Below, piece after piece: positions 27,645-41,700 of a stretch of 64,000 nt of DNA. The position numbers and the translations under genes are program-made. Position 1 is the first letter of the stretch. Each line of letters starts with the position of its first letter. A model generated the notes under the pieces. That model was not told the DNA's origin. It saw nothing but the letters and a program-made list of their open reading frames with translations, and ran no database searches. Source of the DNA: Auanema rhodensis (Eukaryota > Animalia > Nematoda); contig CAXKVF010000092.1 in NCBI GenBank assembly GCA_964057225.1, positions 62,001 through 126,000 on the forward strand, read 5' to 3'.

Positions 27645-28840
27645 CCAATATCAATAAAAATTTGTTTTTAGACTAATATGGACATGGGGAATCTAATTTT
27701 GAAAACCGCATCTCTTTATCTTTCACGTGAAGCGAGTTACATACCAAGTGAAGCGAGTTACATACCAAGTGCACATCACGTGTACATTTAATTAGCATAA
27801 ATTAAAGTTCACGTAAATTTCAAAGTCATGGTTACCATGCACCAATATCAATAAAAATTTGTTTTTAGACTAATATGGACATGGGGAATCTAATTTTGAA
27901 AACCGTATCTCTTTATCTTTCACGTGAAGCGAGTTACATACCAAGTGCACATCACGTGTACATTTAATTAGCATAAATTAAAGTTCACGTAAATTTCAAA
28001 GTCATGGTTACCATGCACCAATATCAATAAAAATTTGTTTTTAGACTAATATGGACATGGGGAATCTAATTTTGAAAACCGCATCTCTTTATCTTTCACG
28101 TGAAGCGAGTTACATACCAAGTGAAGCGAGTTACATACCAAGTGCACATCACGTGTACATTTAATTAGCATAAATTAAAGTTCACGTAAATTTCAAAGTC
28201 ATGGTTACCATGCACCAATATCAATAAAAATTTGTTTTTAGACTAATATGGACATGGGGAATCTAATTTTGAAAACCGCATCTCTTTATCTTTCACGTGA
28301 AGCGAGTTACATACCAAGTGCACATCACGTGTACATTTAATTAGCATAAATTAAAGTTCACGTAAATTTCAAAGTCATGGTTACCATGCACCAATATCAA
28401 TAAAAATTTGTTTTTAGACTAATATGGACATGGGGAATCTAATTTTGAAAACCGCATCTCTTTATCTTTCACGTGAAGCGAGTTACATACCAAGTGCACA
28501 TCACGTGTACATTTAATTAGCATAAATTAAAGTTCACGTAAATTTCAAAGTCATGGTTACCATGCACCAATATCTATAAAAATTTGTTTTTAGACTAATA
28601 TGGACATGGGGAATCTAATTTTGAAAACCGCATCTCTTTATCTTTCACGTGAAGCGAGTTACATACCAAGTGCACATCACGTGTACATTTAATTAGCATA
28701 AATTAAAGTTCACGTAAATTTCAAAGTCATGGTTACCATGCACCAATATCAATAAAAATTTGTTTTTAGACTAATATGGACATGGGGAATCTAATTTTGA
28801 AAACCGCATCTCTTTATCTTTCACGTGAAGCGAGTTACAT
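27645..28840 (-). repeat. Inverted satellite block 2 (1,196 bp, duplicate of block 1)
   Basis: Same junctions (AAAT|CCAATATC and GTTACAT|GAAAGTTACG) and same length as block 1, shifted by 3,034 bp. Confidence 0.98.
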
Positions 28841-29449
28841 GAAAGTTACGTGAACTTTAATTTATGCTAATTAAATGTACACGTGATGTGCACTTGGTAT
28901 GTAACTCGCTTCACGTGAAAGATAAAGAGATGCGGTTTTCAAAATTAGATTCCCCATGTCCATATTAGTCTAAAAACAAATTTTTATTGATATTGGTGCA
29001 TGGTAACCATGACTTTGAAATTTACGTGAACTTTAATTTATGCTAATTAAATGTACACGTGATGTGCACTTGGTATGTAACTCGCTTCACTTGGTATGTA
29101 ACTCGCTTCACGTGAAAGATGAAGAGATGCGGTTTTCAAAATTAGATTCCCCATGTCCATATTAGTCTAAAAACAAATTTTTATTGATATTGGTGCATGG
29201 TAACCATGACTTTGAAATTTACGTGAACTTTAATTTATGCTAATTAAATGTACACGTGATGTGCACTTGGTATGTAACTCGCTTCACGTGAAAGATAAAG
29301 AGATGCGGTTTTCAAAATTAGATTCCCCATGTCCATATTAGTCTAAAAACAAATTTTTATTGATATTGGTGCATGGTAACCATGACTTTGAAATTTACGT
29401 GAACTTTAATTTATGCTAATTAAATGTACACGTGATGTGCACTTGGTAT

Positions 29450-29719
29450 GTAACTCGCTTCACGTGAAAGATAAAGAGATGCGGTTTTCAAAATTAGATT
29501 CCCCATGTCCATATTAGTCTAAAAACAAATTTTTATTGATATTGGTGCATGGTAACCATGACTTTGAAAGAGATGCGGTTTTCAAAATTAGATTCCCCAT
29601 GTCCATATTAGTCTAAAAACAAATTTTTATTGGTATTGGTGCATGGTAACCATGACTTTGAAATTTACGTGAACTTTAATTTATGCTAATTAAATGTACA
29701 CGTGATGTGCACTTGGTAT
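29450..29719 (+). other. Fused dimer with an 82-bp deletion (monomer positions 121-176 plus 1-26)
   Basis: ACTTTGAAA is joined directly to GAGATGCGG at 29569/29570. Monomer starts at 29450 and 29720 are 270 bp apart (352-82). Confidence 0.95.
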
Positions 29720-32700
29720 GTAACTCGCTTCACGTGAAAGATAAAGAGATGCGGTTTTCAAAATTAGATTCCCCATGTCCATATTAGTCTAAAAACAAAT
29801 TTTTATTGGTATTGGTGCATGGTAACCATGACTTTGAAATTTACGTGAACTTTAATTTATGCTAATTAAATGTACACGTGATGTGCACTTGGTATGTAAC
29901 TCGCTTCACGTGAAAGATAAAGAGATGCGGTTTTCAAAATTAGATTCCCCATGTCCATATTAGTCTAAAAACAAATTTTTATTGATATTGGTGCATGGTA
30001 ACCATGACTTTGAAATTTACGTGAACTTTAATTTATGCTAATTAAATGTACACGTGATGTGCACTTGGTATGTAACTCGCTTCACGTGAAAGATAAGGAG
30101 ATGCGGTTTTCAAAATTAGATTCCCCATGTCCATATTAGTCTAAAAACAAATTTTTATTGATATTGGTGCATGGTAACCATGACTTTGAAATTTACGTGA
30201 ACTTTAATTTATGCTAATTAAATGTACACGTGATGTGCACTTGGTATGTAACTCGCTTCACGTGAAAGATAAAGAGATGCGGTATTCAAAATTAGATTCC
30301 CCATGTCCATATTAGTCTAAAAACAAATTTTTATTGATATTGGTTCATGGTAACCATGACTTTGAAATTTACGTGAACTTTAATTTATGCTAATTAAATG
30401 TACACGTGATGTGCACTTGGTATGTAACTCGCTTCACGTGAAAGATAAAGAGATGCGGTTTTCAAAATTAGATTCCCCATGTCCATATTAGTCTAAAAAC
30501 AAATTTTTATTGATATTGGTTCATGGTAACCATGACTTTGAAATTTACGTGAACTTTAATTAATGCTAATTAAATGTACACGTGATGTGCACTTGGTATG
30601 TAACTCGCTTCACGTGAAAGATAAAGAGATGCGGTTTTCAAAATTAGATTCCCCATGTCCATATTAGTCTAAAAACAAATTTTTATTGATATTGGTGCAT
30701 GGTAACCATGACTTTGAAATTTACGTGAACTTTAATTTATGCTAATTAAATGTACACGTGATGTGCACTTGGTATGTAACTCGCTTCACGTGAAAGATAA
30801 AGAGATGCGGTTTTCAAAATTAGATTCCCCATGTCCATATTAGTCTAAAAACAAATTTTTATTGATATTGGTGCATGGTAACCATGACTTTGAAAGTTAC
30901 GTGAACTTTAATTTATGCTAATTAAATGTACACGTGATGTGCACTTGGTATGTAACTCGCTTCACGTGAAAGATAAAGAGATGCGGTTTTCAATATTAGA
31001 TTCCCCATGTCCATATTAGTCTAAAAACAAATTTTTATTGATATTGGTTCATGGTAACCATGACTTTGAAATTTACGTGAACTTTAATTTATGCTAATTA
31101 AATGTACACGTGATGTGCACTTGGTATGTAACTCGCTTCACGTGAAAGATAAAGAGATGCGGTTTTCAAAATTAGATTCCCCATGTCCATATTAGTCTAA
31201 AAACAAATTTTTATTGATATTGGTGCATGGTAACCATGACTTTGAAAGTTACGTGAACTTTAATTTATGCTAATTAAATGTACACGTGATGTGCACTTGG
31301 TATGTAACTCGCTTCACGTGAAAGATAAAGAGATGCGGTTTTCAATATTAGATTCCCCATGTCCATATTAGTCTAAAAACAAATTTTTATTGATATTGGT
31401 TCATGGTAACCATGACTTTGAAATTTACGTGAACTTTAATTTATGCTAATTAAATGTACACGTGGTGTGCACTTGGTATGTAACTCGCTTCACGTGAAAG
31501 ATAAAGAGATGCGGTTTTCAAAATTAGATTCCCCATGTCCATATTAGTCTAAAAACAAATTTTTATTGATATTGGTGCATGGTAACCATGACTTTGAAAT
31601 TTACGTGAACTTTAATTTATGCTAATTAAATGTACACGTGATGTGCACTTAGTATGTAACTCGCTTCACGTGAAAGATAAAGAGATGCGGTTTTCAAAAT
31701 TAGATTCCCCATGTCCATATTAGTCTAAAAACAAATTTTTATTGATATTGGTGCATGGTAACCATGACTTTGAAATTTACGTGAACTTTAATTTATGCTA
31801 ATTAAATGTACACGTGATGTGCACTTGGTATGTAACTCGCTTCACGTGAAAGATAAAGAGATGCGGTATTCAAAATTAGATTCCCCATGTCCATATTAGT
31901 CTAAAAACAAATTTTTATTGATATTGGTTCATGGTAACCATGACTTTGAAATTTACGTGAACTTTAATTTATGCTAATTAAATGTACACGTGATGTGCAC
32001 TTGGTATGTAACTCGCTTCACGTGAAAGATAAAGAGATGCGGTTTTCAAAATTAGATTCCCCATGTCCATATTAGTCTAAAAACAAATTTTTATTGATAT
32101 TGGTTCATGGTAACCATGACTTTGAAATTTACGTGAACTTTAATTAATGCTAATTAAATGTACACGTGATGTGCACTTGGTATGTAACTCGCTTCACGTG
32201 AAAGATAAAGAGATGCGGTTTTCAAAATTAGATTCCCCATGTCCATATTAGTCTAAAAACAAATTTTTATTGATATTGGTGCATGGTAACCATGACTTTG
32301 AAATTTACGTGAACTTTAATTTATGCTAATTAAATGTACACGTGATGTGCACTTGGTATGTAACTCGCTTCACGTGAAAGATAAAGAGATGCGGTTTTCA
32401 AAATTAGATTCCCCATGTCCATATTAGTCTAAAAACAAATTTTTATTGATATTGGTTCATGGTAACCATGACTTTGAAATTTACGTGAACTTTAATTTAT
32501 GCTAATTAAATGTACACGTGATGTGCACTTGGTATGTAACTCGCTTCACGTGAAAGATAAAGAGATGCGGTTTTCAAAATTAGATTCCCCATGTCCATAT
32601 TAGTCTAAAAACAAATTTTTATTGATATTGGTTCATGGTAACCATGACTTTGAAATTTACGTGAACTTTAATTAATGCTAATTAAATGTACACGTGATGT

Positions 32701-35700
32701 GCACTTGGTATGTAACTCGCTTCACGTGAAAGATAAAGAGATGCGGTTTTCAAAATTAGATTCCCCATGTCCATATTAGTCTAAAAACAAATTTTTATTG
32801 GTATTGGTGCATGGTAACCATGACTTTGAAATTTACGTGAACTTTAATTTATGCTAATTAAATGTACACGTGATGTGCACTTGGTATGTAACTCGCTTCA
32901 CGTGAAAGATAAAGAGATGCGGTTTTCAAAATTAGATTCCCCATGTCCATATTAGTCTAAAAACAAATTTTTATTGATATTGGTTCATGGTAACCATGAC
33001 TTTGAAATTTACGTGAACTTTAATTAATGCTAATTAAATGTACACGTGATGTGCACTTGGTATGTAACTCGCTTCACGTGAAAGATAAAGAGATGCGGTT
33101 TTCAAAATTAGATTCCCCATGTCCATATTAGTCTAAAAACAAATTTTTATTGGTATTGGTGCATGGTAACCATGACTTTGAAATTTACGTGAACTTTAAT
33201 TTATGCTAATTAAATGTACACGTGATGTGCACTTGGTATGTAACTCGCTTCACGTGAAAGATAAAGAGATGCGGTTTTCAAAATTAGATTCCCCATGTCC
33301 ATATTAGTCTGAAAACAAATTTTTATTGATATTGGTGCATGGTAACCATGACTTTGAAATTTACGTGAACTTTAATTTATGCTAATTAAATGTACACGTG
33401 ATGTGCACTTGGTATGTAACTCGCTTCACGTGAAAGATAAGGAGATGCGGTTTTCAAAATTAGATTCCCCATGTCCATATTAGTCTAAAAACAAATTTTT
33501 ATTGATATTGGTGCATGGTAACCATGACTTTGAAATTTACGTGAACTTTAATTTATGCTAATTAAATGTACACGTGATGTGCACTTGGTATGTAACTCGC
33601 TTCACGTGAAAGATAAAGAGATGCGGTATTCAAAATTAGATTCCCCATGTCCATATTAGTCTAAAAACAAATTTTTATTGATATTGGTTCATGGTAACCA
33701 TGACTTTGAAATTTACGTGAACTTTAATTTATGCTAATTAAATGTACACGTGATGTGCACTTGGTATGTAACTCGCTTCACGTGAAAGATAAAGAGATGC
33801 GGTTTTCAAAATTAGATTCCCCATGTCCATATTAGTCTAAAAACAAATTTTTATTGATATTGGTTCATGGTAACCATGACTTTGAAATTTACGTGAACTT
33901 TAATTAATGCTAATTAAATGTACACGTGATGTGCACTTGGTATGTAACTCGCTTCACGTGAAAGATAAAGAGATGCGGTTTTCAAAATTAGATTCCCCAT
34001 GTCCATATTAGTCTAAAAACAAATTTTTATTGATATTGGTGCATGGTAACCATGACTTTGAAATTTACGTGAACTTTAATTTATGCTAATTAAATGTACA
34101 CGTGATGTGCACTTGGTATGTAACTCGCTTCACGTGAAAGATAAGGAGATGCGGTTTTCAAAATTAGATTCCCCATGTCCATATTAGTCTAAAAACAAAT
34201 TTTTATTGATATTGGTGCATGGTAACCATGACTTTGAAATTTACGTGAACTTTAATTTATGCTAATTAAATGTACACGTGATGTGCACTTGGTATGTAAC
34301 TCGCTTCACGTGAAAGATAAAGAGATGCGGTTTTCAAAATTAGATTCCCCATGTCCATATTAGTCTAAAAACAAATTTTTATTGATATTGGTGCATGGTA
34401 ACCATGACTTTGAAAGTTACGTGAACTTTAATTTATGCTAATTAAATGTACACGTGATGTGCACTTGGTATGTAACTCGCTTCACGTGAAAGATAAAGAG
34501 ATGCGGTTTTCAATATTAGATTCCCCATGTCCATATTAGTCTAAAAACAAATTTTTATTGATATTGGTTCATGGTAACCATGACTTTGAAATTTACGTGA
34601 ACTTTAATTTATGCTAATTAAATGTACACGTGATGTGCACTTGGTATGTAACTCGCTTCACGTGAAAGATAAAGAGATGCGGTTTTCAAAATTAGATTCC
34701 CCATGTCCATATTAGTCTAAAAACAAATTTTTATTGATATTGGTGCATGGTAACCATGACTTTGAAATTTACGTGAACTTTAATTTATGCTAATTAAATG
34801 TACACGTGATGTGCACTTAGTATGTAACTCGCTTCACGTGAAAGATAAAGAGATGCGGTTTTCAAAATTAGATTCCCCATGTCCATATTAGTCTAAAAAC
34901 AAATTTTTATTGATATTGGTGCATGGTAACCATGACTTTGAAATTTACGTGAACTTTAATTTATGCTAATTAAATGTACACGTGATGTGCACTTGGTATG
35001 TAACTCGCTTCACGTGAAAGATAAAGAGATGCGGTTTTCAAAATTAGATTCCCCATGTCCATATTAGTCTAAAAACAAATTTTTATTGATATTGGTTCAT
35101 GGTAACCATGACTTTGAAATTTACGTGAACTTTAATTTATGCTAATTAAATGTACACGTGATGTGCACTTGGTATGTAACTCGCTTCACGTGAAAGATAA
35201 AGAGATGCGGTTTTCAAAATTAGATTCCCCATGTCCATATTAGTCTAAAAACAAATTTTTATTGATATTGGTTCATGGTAACCATGACTTTGAAATTTAC
35301 GTGAACTTTAATTAATGCTAATTAAATGTACACGTGATGTGCACTTGGTATGTAACTCGCTTCACGTGAAAGATAAAGAGATGCGGTTTTCAAAATTAGA
35401 TTCCCCATGTCCAGATTAGTCTAAAAACAAATTTTTATTGGTATTGGTGCATGGTAACCATGACTTTGAAATTTACGTGAACTTTAATTTATGCTAATTA
35501 AATGTACACGTGATGTGCACTTGGTATGTAACTCGCTTCACGTGAAAGATAAAGAGATGCGGTTTTCAAAATTAGATTCCCCATGTCCATATTAGTCTAA
35601 AAACAAATTTTTATTGATATTGGTGCATGGTAACCATGACTTTGAAATTTACGTGAACTTTAATTTATGCTAATTAAATGTACACGTGATGTGCACTTGG

Positions 35701-38700
35701 TATGTAACTCGCTTCACGTGAAAGATAAGGAGATGCGGTTTTCAAAATTAGATTCCCCATGTCCATATTAGTCTAAAAACAAATTTTTATTGATATTGGT
35801 GCATGGTAACCATGACTTTGAAATTTACGTGAACTTTAATTTATGCTAATTAAATGTACACGTGATGTGCACTTGGTATGTAACTCGCTTCACGTGAAAG
35901 ATAAAGAGATGCGGTATTCAAAATTAGATTCCCCATGTCCATATTAGTCTAAAAACAAATTTTTATTGATATTGGTTCATGGTAACCATGACTTTGAAAT
36001 TTACGTGAACTTTAATTTATGCTAATTAAATGTACACGTGATGTGCACTTGGTATGTAACTCGCTTCACGTGAAAGATAAAGAGATGCGGTTTTCAAAAT
36101 TAGATTCCCCATGTCCATATTAGTCTAAAAACAAATTTTTATTGATATTGGTTCATGGTAACCATGACTTTGAAATTTACGTGAACTTTAATTAATGCTA
36201 ATTAAATGTACACGTGATGTGCACTTGGTATGTAACTCGCTTCACGTGAAAGATAAAGAGATGCGGTTTCCAAAATTAGATTCCCCATGTCCATATTAGT
36301 CTAAAAACAAATTTTTATTGATATTGGTGCATGGTAACCATGACTTTGAAATTTACGTGAACTTTAATTTATGCTAATTAAATGTACACGTGATGTGCAC
36401 TTGGTATGTAACTCGCTTCACGTGAAAGATAAGGAGATGCGGTTTTCAAAATTAGATTCCCCATGTCCATATTAGTCTAAAAACAAATTTTTATTGATAT
36501 TGGTGCATGGTAACCATGACTTTGAAATTTACGTGAACTTTAATTTATGCTAATTAAATGTACACGTGATGTGCACTTGGTATGTAACTCGCTTCACGTG
36601 AAAGATAAAGAGATGCGGTTTTCAAAATTAGATTCCACATGTCCATATTAGTTTAAAAACAAATTTTTATTGATATTGGTGCATGGTAACCATGACTTTG
36701 AAATTTACGTGAACTTTAATTTATGCTAATTAAATGTACACGTGATGTGCACTTGGTATGTAACTCGCTTCACGTGAAAGATAAAGAGATGCGGTTTTCA
36801 AAATTAGATTCCCCATGTCCATATTAGTCTAAAAACAAATTTTTATTGATATTGGTTCATGGTAACCATGACTTTGAAATTTACGTGAACTTTAATTTAT
36901 GCTAATTAAATGTACACGTGATGTGCACTTGGTATGTAACTCGCTTCACGTGAAAGATAAAGAGATGCGGTTTTCAAAATTAGATTCCCCATGTCCATAT
37001 TAGTCTAAAAACAAATTTTTATTGATATTGGTGCATGGTAACCATGACTTTGAAATTTACGTGAACTTTAATTTATGCTAATTAAATGTACACGTGATGT
37101 GCACTTGGTATGTAACTCGCTTCACGTGAAAGATAAAGAGATGCGGTTTTCAAAATTAGATTCCCCATGTCCATATTAGTCTAAAAACAAATTTTTATTG
37201 ATATTGGTTCATGGTAACCATGACTTTGAAATTTACGTGAACTTTAATTTATGCTAATTAAATGTACACGTGATGTGCACTTGGTATGTAACTCGCTTCA
37301 CGTGAAAGATAAAGAGATGCGGTTTTCAAAATTAGATTCCCCATGTCCATATTAGTCTAAAAACAAATTTTTATTGATATTGGTGCATGGTAACCATGAC
37401 TTTGAAATTTACGTGAACTTTAATTTATGCTAATTAAATGTACACGTGATGTGCACTTGGTATGTAACTCGCTTCACGTGAAAGATAAAGAGATGCGGTT
37501 TTCAAAATTAGATTCCCCATGTCCATATTAGTCTAAAAACAAATTTTTATTGATATTGGTTCATGGTAACCATGACTTTGAAATTTACGTGAACTTTAAT
37601 TTATGCTAATTAAATGTACACGTGATGTGCACTTGGTATGTAACTCGCTTCACGTGAAAGATAAAGAGATGCGGTTTTCAAAATTAGATTCCCCATGTCC
37701 ATATTAGTCTAAAAACAAATTTTTATTGATATTGGTGCATGGTAACCATGACTTTGAAATTTACGTGAACTTTAATTTATGCTAATTAAATGTACACGTG
37801 ATGTGCACTTGGTATGTAAATCGCTTCACGTGAAAGATAAAGAGATGCGGTTTTCAAAATTAGATTCCCCATGTCCATATTAGTTTAAAAACAAATTTTT
37901 ATTGATATTGGTGCATGGTAACCATGACTTTGAAATTTACGTGAACTTTAATTTATGCTAATTAAATGTACACGTGATGTGCACTTGGTATGTAACTCGC
38001 TTCACGTGAAAGATAAAGAGATGCGGTTTTCAAAATTAGATTCCCCATGTCCATATTAGTCTAAAAACAAATTTTTATTGATATTGGTTCATGGTAACCA
38101 TGACTTTGAAATTTACGTGAACTTTAATTTATGCTAATTAAATGTACACGTGATGTGCACTTGGTATGTAACTCGCTTCACGTGAAAGATAAAGAGATGC
38201 GGTTTTCAAAATTAGATTCCCCATGTCCATATTAGTCTAAAAACAAATTTTTATTGATATTGGTTCATGGTAACCATGACTTTGAAATTTACGTGAACTT
38301 TAATTTATGCTAATTAAATGTACACGTGATGTGCACTTGGTATGTAACTCGCTTCACGTGAAAGATAAAGAGATGCGGTTTTCAAAATTAGATTCCCCAT
38401 GTCCATATTAGTCTAAAAACAAATTTTTATTGATATTGGTTCATGGTAACCATGACTTTGAAATTTACGTGAACTTTAATTTATGCTAATTAAATGTACA
38501 CGTGATGTGCACTTGGTATGTAACTCGCTTCACGTGAAAGATAAAGAGATGCGGTTTTCAAAATTAGATTCCCCATGTCCAGATTAGTCTAAAAACAAAT
38601 TTTTATTGGTATTGGTGCATGGTAACCATGACTTTGAAATTTACGTGAACTTTAATTTATGCTAATTAAATGTACACGTGATGTGCACTTGGTATGTAAC

Positions 38701-41700
38701 TCGCTTCACGTGAAAGATAAAGAGATGCGGTTTTCAAAATTAGATTCCCCATGTCCATATTAGTCTAAAAACAAATTTTTATTGATATTGGTGCATGGTA
38801 ACCATGACTTTGAAATTTACGTGAACTTTAATTTATGCTAATTAAATGTACACGTGATGTGCACTTGGTATGTAACTCGCTTCACGTGAAAGATAAGGAG
38901 ATGCGGTTTTCAAAATTAGATTCCCCATGTCCATATTAGTCTAAAAACAAATTTTTATTGATATTGGTGCATGGTAACCATGACTTTGAAATTTACGTGA
39001 ACTTTAATTTATGCTAATTAAATGTACACGTGATGTGCACTTGGTATGTAACTCGCTTCACGTGAAAGATAAAGAGATGCGGTATTCAAAATTAGATTCC
39101 CCATGTCCATATTAGTCTAAAAACAAATTTTTATTGATATTGGTTCATGGTAACCATGACTTTGAAATTTACGTGAACTTTAATTTATGCTAATTAAATG
39201 TACACGTGATGTGCACTTGGTATGTAACTCGCTTCACGTGAAAGATAAAGAGATGCGGTTTTCAAAATTAGATTCCACATGTCCATATTAGTTTAAAAAC
39301 AAATTTTTATTGATATTGGTTCATGGTAACCATGACTTTGAAATTTACGTGAACTTTAATTTATGCTAATTAAATGTACACGTGATGTGCACTTGGTATG
39401 TAACTCGCTTCACGTGAAAGATAAAGAGATGCGGTTTTCAAAATTAGATTCCACATGTCCATATTAGTTTAAAAACAAATTTTTATTGATATTGGTTCAT
39501 GGTAACCATGACTTTGAAATTTACGTGAACTTTAATTTATGCTAATTAAATGTACACGTGATGTGCACTTGGTATGTAACTCGCTTCACGTGAAAGATAA
39601 GGAGATGCGGTTTTCAAAATTAGATTCCCCATGTCCATATTAGTCTAAAAACAAATTTTTATTGATATTGGTGCATGGTAACCATGACTTTGAAATTTAC
39701 GTGAACTTTAATTTATGCTAATTAAATGTACACGTGATGTGCACTTGGTATGTAACTCGCTTCACGTGAAAGATAAAGAGATGCGGTTTTCAAAATTAGA
39801 TTCCACATGTCCATATTAGTTTAAAAACAAATTTTTATTGATATTGGTGCATGGTAACCATGACTTTGAAATTTACGTGAACTTTAATTTATGCTAATTA
39901 AATGTACACGTGATGTGCACTTGGTATGTAACTCGCTTCACGTGAAAGATAAAGAGATGCGGTTTTCAAAATTAGATTCCCCATGTCCATATTAGTCTAA
40001 AAACAAATTTTTATTGATATTGGTTCATGGTAACCATGACTTTGAAATTTACGTGAACTTTAATTTATGCTAATTAAATGTACACGTGATGTGCACTTGG
40101 TATGTAACTCGCTTCACGTGAAAGATAAAGAGATGCGGTTTTCAAAATTAGATTCCCCATGTCCATATTAGTCTAAAAACAAATTTTTATTGATATTGGT
40201 GCATGGTAACCATGACTTTGAAATTTACGTGAACTTTAATTTATGCTAATTAAATGTACACGTGATGTGCACTTGGTATGTAACTCGCTTCACGTGAAAG
40301 ATAAAGAGATGCGGTTTTCAAAATTAGATTCCCCATGTCCATATTAGTCTAAAAACAAATTTTTATTGATATTGGTTCATGGTAACCATGACTTTGAAAT
40401 TTACGTGAACTTTAATTTATGCTAATTAAATGTACACGTGATGTGCACTTGGTATGTAACTCGCTTCACGTGAAAGATAAAGAGATGCGGTTTTCAAAAT
40501 TAGATTCCCCATGTCCATATTAGTCTAAAAACAAATTTTTATTGATATTGGTGCATGGTAACCATGACTTTGAAATTTACGTGAACTTTAATTTATGCTA
40601 ATTAAATGTACACGTGATGTGCACTTGGTATGTAACTCGCTTCACGTGAAAGATAAAGAGATGCGGTTTTCAAAATTAGATTCCCCATGTCCATATTAGT
40701 CTAAAAACAAATTTTTATTGATATTGGTTCATGGTAACCATGACTTTGAAATTTACGTGAACTTTAATTTATGCTAATTAAATGTACACGTGATGTGCAC
40801 TTGGTATGTAACTCGCTTCACGTGAAAGATAAAGAGATGCGGTTTTCAAAATTAGATTCCCCATGTCCATATTAGTCTAAAAACAAATTTTTATTGATAT
40901 TGGTGCATGGTAACCATGACTTTGAAATTTACGTGAACTTTAATTTATGCTAATTAAATGTACACGTGATGTGCACTTGGTATGTAAATCGCTTCACGTG
41001 AAAGATAAAGAGATGCGGTTTTCAAAATTAGATTCCCCATGTCCATATTAGTTTAAAAACAAATTTTTATTGATATTGGTGCATGGTAACCATGACTTTG
41101 AAATTTACGTGAACTTTAATTTATGCTAATTAAATGTACACGTGATGTGCACTTGGTATGTAACTCGCTTCACGTGAAAGATAAAGAGATGCGGTTTTCA
41201 AAATTAGATTCCCCATGTCCATATTAGTCTAAAAACAAATTTTTATTGATATTGGTTCATGGTAACCATGACTTTGAAATTTACGTGAACTTTAATTTAT
41301 GCTAATTAAATGTACACGTGATGTGCACTTGGTATGTAACTCGCTTCACGTGAAAGATAAAGAGATGCGGTTTTCAAAATTAGATTCCCCATGTCCATAT
41401 TAGTCTAAAAACAAATTTTTATTGATATTGGTGCATGGTAACCATGACTTTGAAATTTACGTGAACTTTAATTTATGCTAATTAAATGTACACGTGATGT
41501 GCACTTGGTATGTAACTCGCTTCACGTGAAAGATAAAGAGATGCGGTTTTCAAAATTAGATTCCCCATGTCCATATTAGTTTAAAAACAAATTTTTATTG
41601 ATATTGGTGCATGGTAACCATGACTTTGAAATTTACGTGAACTTTAATTTATGCTAATTAAATGTACACGTGATGTGCACTTGGTATGTAACTCGCTTCA

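Larger units (their letters stand above)
22778..28845 (+). repeat. Tandem duplication of a 3,034-bp unit containing the inversion (endpoints approximate)
   Basis: Diagnostic variants and both inversion junctions recur at +3,034 bp. The crossover point lies in indistinguishable monomers between about 22778 and 23271. Confidence 0.9.
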
